DNA of 64,000 nucleotides from a virus: IMG/VR virus record IMGVR_UViG_3300028653_000010; one strand, 5' to 3'. Shown piece by piece: positions 9,737 to 18,835 of this stretch (position 1 is its first letter; each line of letters starts with the position of its first letter). The notes under the pieces were generated by a model. It saw only the letters and a program-made list of their open reading frames with translations, ran no database searches and was not told where the DNA came from. The position numbers and the translations under genes were made by a program.

Positions 9737-10401
9737 TTCTTGTAGTTAGCGAAGTCACTTGCAGACCACTGAGTGTTCACCTTGTTTGCCGCGGTAAAGA
9801 AGACATCCGACAAGGCATTTTTCCCATCTTCCTCCAACTGACCTATAGCATTGCCAATCGATTGAAGAATGATGAAAAGTTGTCGTTTAGAAGCTTGGGG
9901 CTTCTTCTTCTTGAGTACCTTCAAGGTTTCAATTGCGGCATCAATCTCAAGCCGATACCGACTCAATGGATCTTCACCCTCGGCAGCTGACTTGAAGTTG
10001 TCCTTGTGCTCGTCGTTCATCTCCTTCCACTTCTTGGAGTCTTCTGGATTCATATTCTGAGTAGGGTCCGCAGGCTTACCCTCCTCGAACCGACTCCTAC
10101 GAGCTTCTTCAGTAGCGTAGATGTTCCAGCGACGATTAACCCAGCCAGAGGCTGTCTTCAATGATTCGGCGTATAGGTCTAGCACGATTGGACTACTCCT
10201 CGTTGTTTGTACAATACCCCTGACAAGGCTACCTAGAAGCTTCTTAAGCTCTACCAACCGCTCGGAGTCACTCGAGTCCTTGTAGGACCCCAATACCTTC
10301 TGGGCAGCTGTGAGGTCTAGTAACAACTGACTGATGCCATCGTTTACTTTGGTAATGGCCCTAGATAGTTGTTCCTTAGACGAGGAGGTAATTGAGTTCA
10401 T
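9733..10401 (-). CDS. Hypothetical protein (possible internal head protein)
   Basis: Likely start at MNSIT (10401). Contains KTAS and KSAA motifs. Confidence 0.55.
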   Translation of the reverse strand: MNSITSSSKEQLSRAITKVNDGISQLLLDLTAAQKVLGSYKDSSDSERLVELKKLLGSLVRGIVQTTRSSPIVLDLYAESLKTASGWVNRRWNIYATEEARRSRFEEGKPADPTQNMNPEDSKKWKEMNDEHKDNFKSAAEGEDPLSRYRLEIDAAIETLKVLKKKKPQASKRQLFIILQSIGNAIGQLEEDGKNALSDVFFTAANKVNTQWSASDFANYKK

Positions 10402-10433
10402 GGCGGACTTACCCTGTGGATCGATGACTTGAC

Positions 10434-11537
10434 TTACTGATGCTTGTCCTTGACTACGTCCTTGTTCTTCTCCCACTGGTCAGCGATCTCGTTGAGTTGC
10501 TCCTCACTGAGGTTCGGGTTGGCACTCTTGAAACCCTTCATGACCTCTTCACGAGAATTGGCTTGAATTGGACCCATAGCCTCAAGGGCTTGCTGGGAGG
10601 TCTGAGAGAGGGCCATCAGGACTCGACGAACCCTCAGGCTAGCCACATGCGGGGGGATGCGAGCTGCTTGGATCTCATCAGCGATCCGACGAAGGGCGGT
10701 TGCGATATGATTGGTAGAAGCTGCTCTGAACATGGATGATGTCTTTCCTTGCTGATTACTGGATGCTGAGAAGTTGTAGACAGCCTCATCGGCTACCTCG
10801 GTTTGAAACCTTCGCCAGGCTGCCTCAGCCTTGGGCCCAACCAAGAACGTCTTGTTATTGGGGAAGTACAAAACCCGGTCACCCGCTTTGAAGGGGGTTC
10901 CATCCTGTGCCTTCCCAGGATACCGAGCCTCCAACCAATGAGGATCTCGTGGAACGTAACGTGCGATTACCTTGTAGGAGTGCTTGATCTTCTTCAAGGA
11001 CTTGGCTGCGAGGCTTTGAATATCCTCAACCTGATCCTGCATTTGAGGCGGTATGGACTTGCGAAGTCGGGCGACCTCTAGAAGAATGTGTTCTAGATTT
11101 GCAGTTAGTTCGTTGATGTCACGAATCGCCAACTCAGTAGCCATCCTAGGCTGACCCTCAGGCAATGGTTGAATGAATGGTGACCTACGGTCAATCTGCC
11201 GTAGGCGAGTATTCCGAAGTACGTCTTCCAATTCTTCAACCTTTTCTGGTTTGAGCTGAGTCTTCAACTCCTCGTAATCCAAACGAGAAGCGGCCAATGC
11301 CGTAGCGGCCAATGCTTTATCCAGCTTGAACAAGGCATCCGGTATGCCGTAGATGGTATCACCCGCGATCTCATAGAAATGATCCCGACTGGGGGATGTA
11401 GATATCAGGCGCACTGCCTGACTTACGAACTTCTTGAGCTGCTCACAACGAAGACGGGCGTCAGTGAGCTCCTCCATTATGTAAATGAGGGCTCCCCCTT
11501 CTTTGTGCATAGTACCCGTCTGATTGGCATTGTCCAT
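10434..11537 (-). CDS. Hypothetical multi-module protein (possible internal head protein)
   Basis: 367 aa of helical modules separated by KVIARY, KTSS and RAAS. Confidence 0.55.
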   Translation of the reverse strand: MDNANQTGTMHKEGGALIYIMEELTDARLRCEQLKKFVSQAVRLISTSPSRDHFYEIAGDTIYGIPDALFKLDKALAATALAASRLDYEELKTQLKPEKVEELEDVLRNTRLRQIDRRSPFIQPLPEGQPRMATELAIRDINELTANLEHILLEVARLRKSIPPQMQDQVEDIQSLAAKSLKKIKHSYKVIARYVPRDPHWLEARYPGKAQDGTPFKAGDRVLYFPNNKTFLVGPKAEAAWRRFQTEVADEAVYNFSASSNQQGKTSSMFRAASTNHIATALRRIADEIQAARIPPHVASLRVRRVLMALSQTSQQALEAMGPIQANSREEVMKGFKSANPNLSEEQLNEIADQWEKNKDVVKDKHQ

Positions 11538-11614
11538 CGAACAGAAGAAGCTACAAGAGGACTAACGATCACCCTCTTGTAGCTTCACATTGGGACACTT
11601 GATGTGGATGTAAC

Positions 11615-12904
11615 TCAGCTCTGGAAGGCCTCTGGGAATTCCTCCATGAGCAACTTCTTGAACTCATCACTCTCAGCAGCAAAGACTGCTCTGATGATGT
11701 CAGGGCGCTCCTCATAGTTCAACCGAATCATGGCCAAACGCTTCTTCCAATGAGCGGAGAAGTTGTAATCATCAGGGAAGTCACTGCAGAGAGCCTTGGC
11801 GACTATCTTACGGTAGTCCGCGGTCCCGTCACTCTCGATACGAGACTTAGGCTCCTCACCGGTAGGTAATGCCGATGCCATCTGGGGCTCAACCTGTGCC
11901 TGCTGCTTAAACCCAGTCTTAGGTCCATTGGTATTCCGGAACGTGATCCCTTCTTGCTCAATGACCGACTCTCGGGGCTTCTCAGTGGACCCTGAGGCGT
12001 CATAGATTTCTGTCCCACCACCAGAGGTAACTCCGACCGAGATACCCTCCACGGTTTTAGTCTGGGTTGGTGCAACCCTTCCGACAACTGGTGAGCCTGA
12101 GGCTGACATCACTCGAGCCTTGGGTTGTGGCTGGGCCTGTTGCTTCATCCCAGGCTGATTCATCGTTGCCAAGTTGGTTGTGACAGCTGGTGGAGGCACA
12201 TATCCAGGCGTCCTACTCTGGATGTCATCCTTGCGGGCTTCTTTCTCCGCAACGTATACCGCGCGCTCTCCTTCGGTCATCCTGGAGAGTAGTTCTTCTT
12301 CAGAGATCCCCTCCCCAGGTTGAATCTTCACAAGTTCAGCATCTCGAATGGCTGTCCCCACATTATTGGGGGTAACCTGCAGCCCAGTCTTCGCCGCAGT
12401 CCTAAACGCCCGAGGAACCTCGACTCCAAACTCAGCCCCACCAACGAGTTCAGTACTACTCCCGCGCGCAACGAAGGCTCCTGATCGCCCCTGGGACTGT
12501 CTAACTTCTGCAGTCCGTTGATTGGCTTGCTGGGTCCTCTCAGAACGACTCATCACGATCCGCTCGTCTGACTCCACCGTAACGATAGCTGACTTCTTTG
12601 GAGGAGACAGCGGATTGGTACCTAGGTCGTTCGCTGGACGAACCCCAATGTTTGCCGAAGGAGCTGCCTGTTGAGGAGCTTCAGGGTCATACTCTTCAGC
12701 TGGGACAACCCAACCCATTCGGATAGCTCCTCGAAGGGTCGGTAATACGAACCGATTGCCATTCAACTCAACGTTAGTACCATCGAATAGGATCTCCATC
12801 CCTGCATAAACACTGTAGTTGGTACCACCTAGTGTGAATGACTTCGTTGAGATGTAGCGCCCCATCTTCCCCGGCATGAATCTGATCTGGGTCTGTTGTT
12901 CCAT
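11615..12904 (-). CDS. Hypothetical protein
   Basis: 429 aa with AGGAGA RBS; preceded by the TTATAG motif. Confidence 0.65.
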   Translation of the reverse strand: MEQQTQIRFMPGKMGRYISTKSFTLGGTNYSVYAGMEILFDGTNVELNGNRFVLPTLRGAIRMGWVVPAEEYDPEAPQQAAPSANIGVRPANDLGTNPLSPPKKSAIVTVESDERIVMSRSERTQQANQRTAEVRQSQGRSGAFVARGSSTELVGGAEFGVEVPRAFRTAAKTGLQVTPNNVGTAIRDAELVKIQPGEGISEEELLSRMTEGERAVYVAEKEARKDDIQSRTPGYVPPPAVTTNLATMNQPGMKQQAQPQPKARVMSASGSPVVGRVAPTQTKTVEGISVGVTSGGGTEIYDASGSTEKPRESVIEQEGITFRNTNGPKTGFKQQAQVEPQMASALPTGEEPKSRIESDGTADYRKIVAKALCSDFPDDYNFSAHWKKRLAMIRLNYEERPDIIRAVFAAESDEFKKLLMEEFPEAFQS

Positions 12905-12945
12905 CTTGGTCTCCTATAGGGGGTGTTTACCCGACTACCTATAGG

Positions 12946-12959
12946 GGGCCTATAAGGAG
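12946..12959 (-). promoter_or_regulatory. Candidate late promoter motif CTCCTTATAGGCCC
   Basis: Identical to 7545-7558. Confidence 0.5.
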
Positions 12960-12960
12960 C

Positions 12961-13473
12961 TTATCGATTGCCGGCGGATGGGGTGCAAAACTCACATGTC
13001 GACTTAGGCTTGTTCTTATGCCACCTCAAATGAGTGTAGTAGCGTCCCATCCTACTTCTATCTTCTGGGCTAACCTGGTCCAGATTCACGCTACTAACCC
13101 CATCATTGAGGGTGGTGGAGATCGCTCTGCCAGAGTATGGCAAAGGACCACCGAACTCCCATAAGAGTATCTCCTCAATTACTGGGTAGCCAAGTCCTAC
13201 TCGACACTCATTGATGAAGAGTAGCAATTCAGGGGTCACCCTAAAGAACCCTCGACTGAGGGTTATACGAGCCTCGATGAACAACTCGTGTACATACTGT
13301 TCGGAGAGGTCTGTCCAGGCAAGGAGCGCGACCCTACGGAATGTACTTGCTCTGATGTTAGTGAGACGATTACGGATACAACTACTAGTTCCAACCTTGA
13401 CTACTTCTGGCTCAACTAAGGCGAAGTAGGTGCCCTTACCAGATGGGGCAGGAAGGTCTACGGTGATTCCCAT
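12961..13473 (-). CDS. GIY-YIG superfamily (T5orf172-like) protein with C-terminal HxxxH..CxxC
   Basis: TYF...VKVGTS...NRLTNI...E..VH..F pattern; C-terminal HLRWH...CEFC. Confidence 0.5.
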   Translation of the reverse strand: MGITVDLPAPSGKGTYFALVEPEVVKVGTSSCIRNRLTNIRASTFRRVALLAWTDLSEQYVHELFIEARITLSRGFFRVTPELLLFINECRVGLGYPVIEEILLWEFGGPLPYSGRAISTTLNDGVSSVNLDQVSPEDRSRMGRYYTHLRWHKNKPKSTCEFCTPSAGNR

Positions 13474-13485
13474 CGGTTAAGCCAT

Positions 13486-13527
13486 TAGGTGTCGTGGGAT
13501 AGCTGTAAGCTGTACCCACGACACCTA
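13486..13527 (-). terminator. Strong hairpin downstream of HU gene
   Basis: Perfect 13-bp inverted repeat TAGGTGTCGTGGG/CCCACGACACCTA; weak U-tract. Confidence 0.55.
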
Positions 13528-13537
13528 CAGACGATTG

Positions 13538-13888
13538 TTACTTCTTGGCAGTCTTCTTGGCTTTCGGCGTAGCCGTCTTCTCTGTTGCCTGGACAACTCC
13601 AACTTCCACCTTGATGGCCTTCAGGAATCGGGCCTTCAGTTTCTTGGACGGTGGCTTGGCGGCAACAGTCATCTCTTTGCCGGTGGCAGGGTTGCGCGCC
13701 TTGCGCTCCGCCTTGGCGGGGACGTTGACGAGTGCGAATTTAACCACACCCGGGAGTACGAACTTCTTGTCCTTACGGAGACTCTTGGCCGCAACCGTAG
13801 TCAGAGCGACCAAGAACCCACGAACGTGGGACTTGGTGGTGCCTTCCATCTCGCCAGCAACAGCCGCAATCAGTTCAGTCTTAGTCAT
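13538..13888 (-). CDS. hup: HU family histone-like DNA-binding protein with Lys/Ala-rich tail
   Basis: MTKTELIAAVA...LPGVVKF...RKARNPATGKEM. Start reassigned to ATG 13888. Confidence 0.9.
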   Translation of the reverse strand: MTKTELIAAVAGEMEGTTKSHVRGFLVALTTVAAKSLRKDKKFVLPGVVKFALVNVPAKAERKARNPATGKEMTVAAKPPSKKLKARFLKAIKVEVGVVQATEKTATPKAKKTAKK

Positions 13889-14003
13889 AACGCATATTCC
13901 TTCATCTGGGTTGTTTTTGCGGAAGGAACACTCTCCACTCCGTCTACTTCGTAACAACTACACCACCAACTAATGATTTAGCGGGGGCGGTATAGAAATA
14001 AAT

Positions 14004-14471
14004 CTAGGGGGTCACAACTTCACCATCGACGGGTGACTCTGAGCTAGTCCATAAGGTAGATAGCTCTACTTGATCATCAGAGGCGACAGTCAACATCGCC
14101 TGCTGAGCAAAAGCAGCCTCCTCCTCACGAGCTTTTAGGAAGAGGGCTACCCTACCTTTGATCTCATCGTAGGCTACTCTCAAAGCTTCCTCTTCAGAGT
14201 ATGCTGATCCTCTGAACTCCTGACTGAACACGTTCTCGAATACTTTTGGAGCTTCGGCTACGTCTTCAGCACCGGGTTCTTGATTTAGGATACTCAGGTC
14301 ACCAGTGTACTTGTCCCCAGACAACTTGATGACCACTTCCCAAAGAGGGTTTGAGGGGAGTACCTCGACCGGGCTATTTTTGAACTCGAAGGTGACACTC
14401 GTAAGGGCGTTACGGTTGATCGCCTTCCCATAGAGGTGGAGGGCCTCTGAAATGGTGGAGAGGATGCTCAT
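14004..14471 (-). CDS. Hypothetical acidic protein
   Basis: ~155 aa; likely start at MSILS. Confidence 0.55.
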   Translation of the reverse strand: MSILSTISEALHLYGKAINRNALTSVTFEFKNSPVEVLPSNPLWEVVIKLSGDKYTGDLSILNQEPGAEDVAEAPKVFENVFSQEFRGSAYSEEEALRVAYDEIKGRVALFLKAREEEAAFAQQAMLTVASDDQVELSTLWTSSESPVDGEVVTP

Positions 14472-14555
14472 GCCAATTGGGTACACCGGAAGTCAGCGCC
14501 CCCAAGAACCAAAGAGGATGAAAAATCAACTCTTTGGCTACACGGCCAGTTACGG

Positions 14556-15536
14556 TCAGCGGTCTTTGTCGCGAGAGGGGCGCCCAACCACCCGCTCATG
14601 TTCAATACCGTGCTTCGTCAAGTGCCTGCTGACAGTAGATGCTCCTACCCCAGTCAGTTTGGCAATCCTTCGAATCGGAACTCCCTTAGACGCCATCTCT
14701 CGAAGAGTATCTTCAGGAGCCTTCTCTCGAACTTGGTAGTGTGGGCCTTGAAAGCCAAAGTGCAACTTGTAGTGCATGAACTCCGGCATGTGAGGCCTCA
14801 CCAGAGAAATGAATAGGTGAGCCTGGTCCTCCCCCTCGAAGATGAACTCCCCCGTGTTGCCTTTCTTCAGATCCCATCGTGGATTGAGACTGAACTTACG
14901 AAAGATAGCCTGTGCAACATCACGGCTCTTTGACCCCATGCCGAAAGTAATACGAGGCCACCAACCAGAGGTTCCATCATCCATGAACCAGATCGCAAGA
15001 GCGAGAGCATCAACTAGATCAACCACCTGCGGTTGAAGCTGTTTAGGTCCAAGTTCCGGGTAAAACAACTCATGCCAGGGAAGCATGGTTTCGTGAGAGA
15101 CGGTCTCACACCTAAAACCAGGGAACTCACCTCCAAGCGTCTTCCATAGAACTGGGCGCAGCCCTAACTGAACCCAAGAACCCCACTCCTTGCTCTTCCA
15201 CTCCAAGTACTCTCTCTGATCCTCGCAATGATTCTCGGAGTACCTAGCTACATGGGTACTCTTTGAGATCCTACCGTCACCTAGCATTGAACCCACAAGA
15301 ACAGATCGAAGCCGACCTTCAATAGGGGTTACCTCATGTCGCTCAGTTCGACCTAAGGTCTCAATCCCCCAACGATGTCTCCACCGACGGATATGCTTCA
15401 GAGGGCACCCTACCTGAGCAGCAATCTCGGAGTCCGTAAGCTTGGCCTCCAAGTACAAGGTTCGAAGTTCAGCTTCAGATATTGGACAAGGTACGAGCTT
15501 CATGCTAGACCGTACCATGTAGCTTTGAGGTGTCAA
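14556..15536 (-). mobile_element. Free-standing LAGLIDADG homing endonuclease with flanking HTH domains
   Basis: Two motifs, LVGSMLGDG and LAIWFMDDG. HTH-like segments at both ends (LTDSEIAAQVG; IRRIAKLTGVGASTVSRHL). Confidence 0.85.
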
Positions 15537-15560
15537 CGACTCGGTTCAATATGGTGCATT

Positions 15561-15598
15561 AAAGAGGAAGGCCGGGAGTCCTCTCGGAAACCCGGCCT
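15561..15598 (-). terminator. Rho-independent terminator after major capsid gene
   Basis: Minus strand AGGCCGGG-tttccGAGAggact-CCCGGCCT followed by TCCTCTTT. Confidence 0.65.
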
Positions 15599-15622
15599 AC
15601 ACTCAATTCAGCCTAGTTAGGC

Positions 15623-16495
15623 TCAGACGCGAGTCACAACAAGGCGAGTCAACCCACGCGGGTTGAACGCACCTATACCTACATTTTCGAAGCAGCTGAA
15701 CCCTATGGTTCTCGCCTTCGGGTCGTCGGCCGACAGAACCGTGAGTTCCGTACGAACCGGGAAGCGTCCGAAGTTCTCGGGCTCTGCCGCGATGTATACG
15801 AAGCCAGCGGGGACCAACCTGCTCGTGATGATCTGGGCGCCCCATAGGGTTGCCTGGAGACCAGTCTTGAGTAGGACGGCTTGGCTCTCGATGTCGAGGA
15901 TGTCACGACCGAACTTGCGGATGTCCGCGTAGTCCGTCGCGTTCATGTAGATCCTCGCGACCCTGAGGTCGTGACGCTCTACCTCAGCAAAGGCATCCGC
16001 GAGGACGCTTGGGCTGATTGGAGCTACGACGTTGAGGTCGGGGTTCGTCTGACCTGGGAGAGTGTCGAAGCCCGAGACAGCAATGCTATCGAGGACTGCA
16101 AACACACGCTCATCTTCAGCGGCCTGGATCTGGGCTTTCGCCAAGTCCTGAGCGCGTTCGATGAGGTCGAACCGACGTTCCTTGATCTGAGTGAGGGGAA
16201 TCTCGGGGTTCGAGGCAAGCTCGAACAGCGGGAAGATAACCCTTCTCGGCTTCTGAATGGCAAGAATATTCTCACCCTCTTCACCAACCACGTAGGCAGT
16301 GACGTCGGGGTCCTTGTCATAGATGGGGAGTGCCCCGTCTGGGAGTTGTTCGACTAAGAAGGTCTTGCGACCAACCGCCGTGTAGTCCCTGCGAAGACGC
16401 AAGGGCTGAATCATCGAAGCAGCTAGTTTGGCTCTGCCAGCAGCTGTTTTGATGTACTCTGAGATGATCTGTTGCTTAATGTCGTTGCTAACCAC
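15623..16495 (-). CDS. Major capsid protein (HK97 fold)
   Basis: 290 aa, last gene of the portal-protease-scaffold-decoration series. Strongly biased codons and a downstream terminator. HK97-like segments AQIQAAEDERVF, IYMNATDYADI and LWGAQIITSRLVP. Confidence 0.85.
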   Translation of the reverse strand: MVSNDIKQQIISEYIKTAAGRAKLAASMIQPLRLRRDYTAVGRKTFLVEQLPDGALPIYDKDPDVTAYVVGEEGENILAIQKPRRVIFPLFELASNPEIPLTQIKERRFDLIERAQDLAKAQIQAAEDERVFAVLDSIAVSGFDTLPGQTNPDLNVVAPISPSVLADAFAEVERHDLRVARIYMNATDYADIRKFGRDILDIESQAVLLKTGLQATLWGAQIITSRLVPAGFVYIAAEPENFGRFPVRTELTVLSADDPKARTIGFSCFENVGIGAFNPRGLTRLVVTRV

Positions 16496-16519
16496 GGTAG
16501 TCTACCTTTCTTGTCTCAC

Positions 16520-17176
16520 TCAGATTCTGAGGTCGACGATCAGCATGGGGGTGGTGGCATCGACAGCAGCCTTGAGAACGCCAATGACGGTGGCTGTTGC
16601 TAGCGCACCGGACTGACCTTCGTAGGCGTCTCCGACAACGTTAGTGATCAATCCATTTACAGAAGCGTAAAGGAGATCACCGGGTGCGTAAGCAGTCGTA
16701 CTTGATCCTGCATTACCGATTGCTTCTCCAGCATGGGCTCCAAGCTGGATTTGGGTTTCATAGATCGTTAGACCTATGCAAGACCCTGAGCCGCAAACGT
16801 ATGGGCCACGACCTGATGCTGGACCAGGAGTGTTCTCGTAGGCGTTTCCTGCAGCATCATTCAAGAAGATGCCGAGAGGACGAATGCCGGTGTGATACCC
16901 GGAGGGCACTGTTGCTCCTGGGGTGTCAACTACTGGTCCACCAATTACATTGTTGCCCGCGAGAGCACGTGTAAAGGCTACCGATCCGCCCAGAACACCA
17001 GTCTTGGTGATTCCTGAGAGTGTTGTGCTTTTTGAGCCCGTTGCGACTGGAGGGTTCGCTTGGGTGAAGGCATCTGCCGCGAGGACACCCACGCTATTGC
17101 GGGTGACGACGTGAAACAACTGCACTCGACCACTAGTTTCCCTGAAGTCGCCCGAGCTTTGACCGTTCATGGACAT
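16520..17176 (-). CDS. Capsid decoration/cement protein
   Basis: 218 aa between scaffold and MCP. PLGIF...YAPGDLLYASVNGLIT...VIGV is a beta-tulip/cement-like pattern. Confidence 0.7.
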   Translation of the reverse strand: MSMNGQSSGDFRETSGRVQLFHVVTRNSVGVLAADAFTQANPPVATGSKSTTLSGITKTGVLGGSVAFTRALAGNNVIGGPVVDTPGATVPSGYHTGIRPLGIFLNDAAGNAYENTPGPASGRGPYVCGSGSCIGLTIYETQIQLGAHAGEAIGNAGSSTTAYAPGDLLYASVNGLITNVVGDAYEGQSGALATATVIGVLKAAVDATTPMLIVDLRI

Positions 17177-17263
17177 AGTGAAATGTTCCTGTTGGGTGAA
17201 AGTGGAGCTACTTCATATTCATCTACATCTAGGCAGTCACTGAAGACTGAGAGTTCTCTTAGG

Positions 17264-17287
17264 AGGGGGTCACTTGCGCAACCCCCT
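17264..17287 (-). other. GC-rich RNA hairpin with GCAA tetraloop
   Basis: Minus strand AGGGGGTTGC-GCAA-GTGACCCCCT, 12 nt after the scaffold stop. Confidence 0.55.
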
Positions 17288-17299
17288 ACCTACAAGGCC

Positions 17300-18793
17300 T
17301 CACTGATCTGTTCGCATACCGAATGCTTCACGAACGTCTGGAGCTGAATTCCAGAGGGTAGACAGGTCATCAGTTCTCGCTGAGGCTGTCTTGTTCGATC
17401 CGCCAATCTGACTTACGCCAGCGGTAGGCCGTGTTCCTACTGTCCTCATAGAGGCAGTTCGGACCACATGAGCTTGCTTCTGCTGCTGCCCTTGATCCTG
17501 GTCTTGCTGACCAGCGGCTTCTGCAGCGTTCTTGTACTCTTGGTTGTTTGCAAACAACTGACGAAGAGTGTCGTCTTCCTCTGGGGAGAGTTGGACCTCA
17601 CCGACATCCATGCTGGGAGTGTCGAGTTGAATGTCCATGTTCGCCATGGGCTCAACTTGACCCTGCTCGGCAAGCATCTGATCAATCTCGTTGTTACCTT
17701 GTTGCTGAGACTGACCCTGTTGCTGAGACTGACCCTGTTGCTGAGACTGACCCATGCACTGCTGAGCTGCCGCAACCGGGTCTTGGCCATTCTGAATCGC
17801 CTGTTGCACTGCCTGTGCAACCTGCTGGGCCTGACTCTGTTGCTGCATCTGAGCCTGTTGCTGTTGCTGACCGGCTTGTTGCTGTTGCTGACCAGCTTGC
17901 TGTTGCTGCTGGCTCTGAGCCAACTGCTCTTGAAGCTGCTGAGCTTGCTGAACCAACTGCGCGATCTGCTGTTGCATCTCAGCTTGCTTCTGCTGAGCTT
18001 GCTTCTGCTGATCCTGACCCTGTTGCTGGTCCTGTTGGGCCTGCTTCTGCTGATCCTGATCCTGTTGCTGGTCCTGCTGAGCCGCCTTCTGCTGGCCCTG
18101 GTCCTGCTGACCCTGTTGCTGGTCCTGCTGAGCCGCCTTCTGCTGGCCCTGGTCCTTGTCGTCCTTGTCCTTGGCCTCTTCCTTCTTCTTGTTGACATTC
18201 TCGAGGAACTGAGGTGGGATCTTGCCAGCTTGCTTGTCTTGCTGCTGACCGGCTTGTTGCTGGTCCTGCTGAGCCGCCTGTACTTGCTGCTGCTGACCCT
18301 GCTGGTCCTGCTGCTGCGATGCTTGTACCTGCTGATCCTGCTGTTGCTGGTCTTCGTCCTGAGCAGCTAGGCGAGTATAAGTAGCCATCACCTCTGTATC
18401 TGGTAGATACATGAGAGAGAAGCTCTGATCCTCGATCTCAGCTGCTGAAGCTGATTTGGCTAGCATCTTGCGGGCAATGGCCACGCAAAGAGCTGCCTTC
18501 TTGGTAATGACTTCTTCCGAAGCCGTTCTTTCGGGATGGTTGAAAGTATCGGACCTCATCTCAGGCATGCCGATTTCGTTACGCTTCACCTGGCCACCAG
18601 AGTACTCGGCTTCCCAAGTTCCAGCAGCTGGATGAATGTCCTCAGCAAACTCCGAAGGTCCGCCGGTGACATAGGCATCGGCTGCCGGTTGCTGATTGAC
18701 GTGGTCCTGATTCATCAGATAGGGGTCGGCGACTTTCAAACCAGCCCTCTTGGCGATGGTATGTACGTTCCAAGTTGAGCGCTCACGAGGCAT
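17300..18793 (-). CDS. Glutamine-rich putative capsid scaffolding protein
   Basis: 497 aa between protease and decoration/MCP; long Q/D/A low-complexity centre. Confidence 0.7.
   Translation of the reverse strand: MPRERSTWNVHTIAKRAGLKVADPYLMNQDHVNQQPAADAYVTGGPSEFAEDIHPAAGTWEAEYSGGQVKRNEIGMPEMRSDTFNHPERTASEEVITKKAALCVAIARKMLAKSASAAEIEDQSFSLMYLPDTEVMATYTRLAAQDEDQQQQDQQVQASQQQDQQGQQQQVQAAQQDQQQAGQQQDKQAGKIPPQFLENVNKKKEEAKDKDDKDQGQQKAAQQDQQQGQQDQGQQKAAQQDQQQDQDQQKQAQQDQQQGQDQQKQAQQKQAEMQQQIAQLVQQAQQLQEQLAQSQQQQQAGQQQQQAGQQQQQAQMQQQSQAQQVAQAVQQAIQNGQDPVAAAQQCMGQSQQQGQSQQQGQSQQQGNNEIDQMLAEQGQVEPMANMDIQLDTPSMDVGEVQLSPEEDDTLRQLFANNQEYKNAAEAAGQQDQDQGQQQKQAHVVRTASMRTVGTRPTAGVSQIGGSNKTASARTDDLSTLWNSAPDVREAFGMRTDQ
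17700..18156. repeat. Coding tandem repeats within scaffold gene
   Basis: Three copies of the 18-nt TGTTGCTGAGACTGACCC at 17700-17753; a 45-nt perfect duplication at 18061-18105 and 18112-18156. Confidence 0.85.
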
Positions 18794-18835
18794 GGAGGAG
18801 ATCCTTTCCTTAGTTCGAGAAGCCGTATAAGAACT

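Noticed and set aside
15623-16495. Encapsulin rather than phage capsid
   Set aside because: The size is similar, but the terminase, portal, protease and scaffold context indicates a true virion capsid.
17446-18370. Long alternative-frame ORFs (Leu-rich 17468..18370 +, 17548..18195 +, Ser/Arg-rich 17446..18198 -)
   Set aside because: Shadows of the CAG-rich scaffold repeats, which lack stops in other frames.
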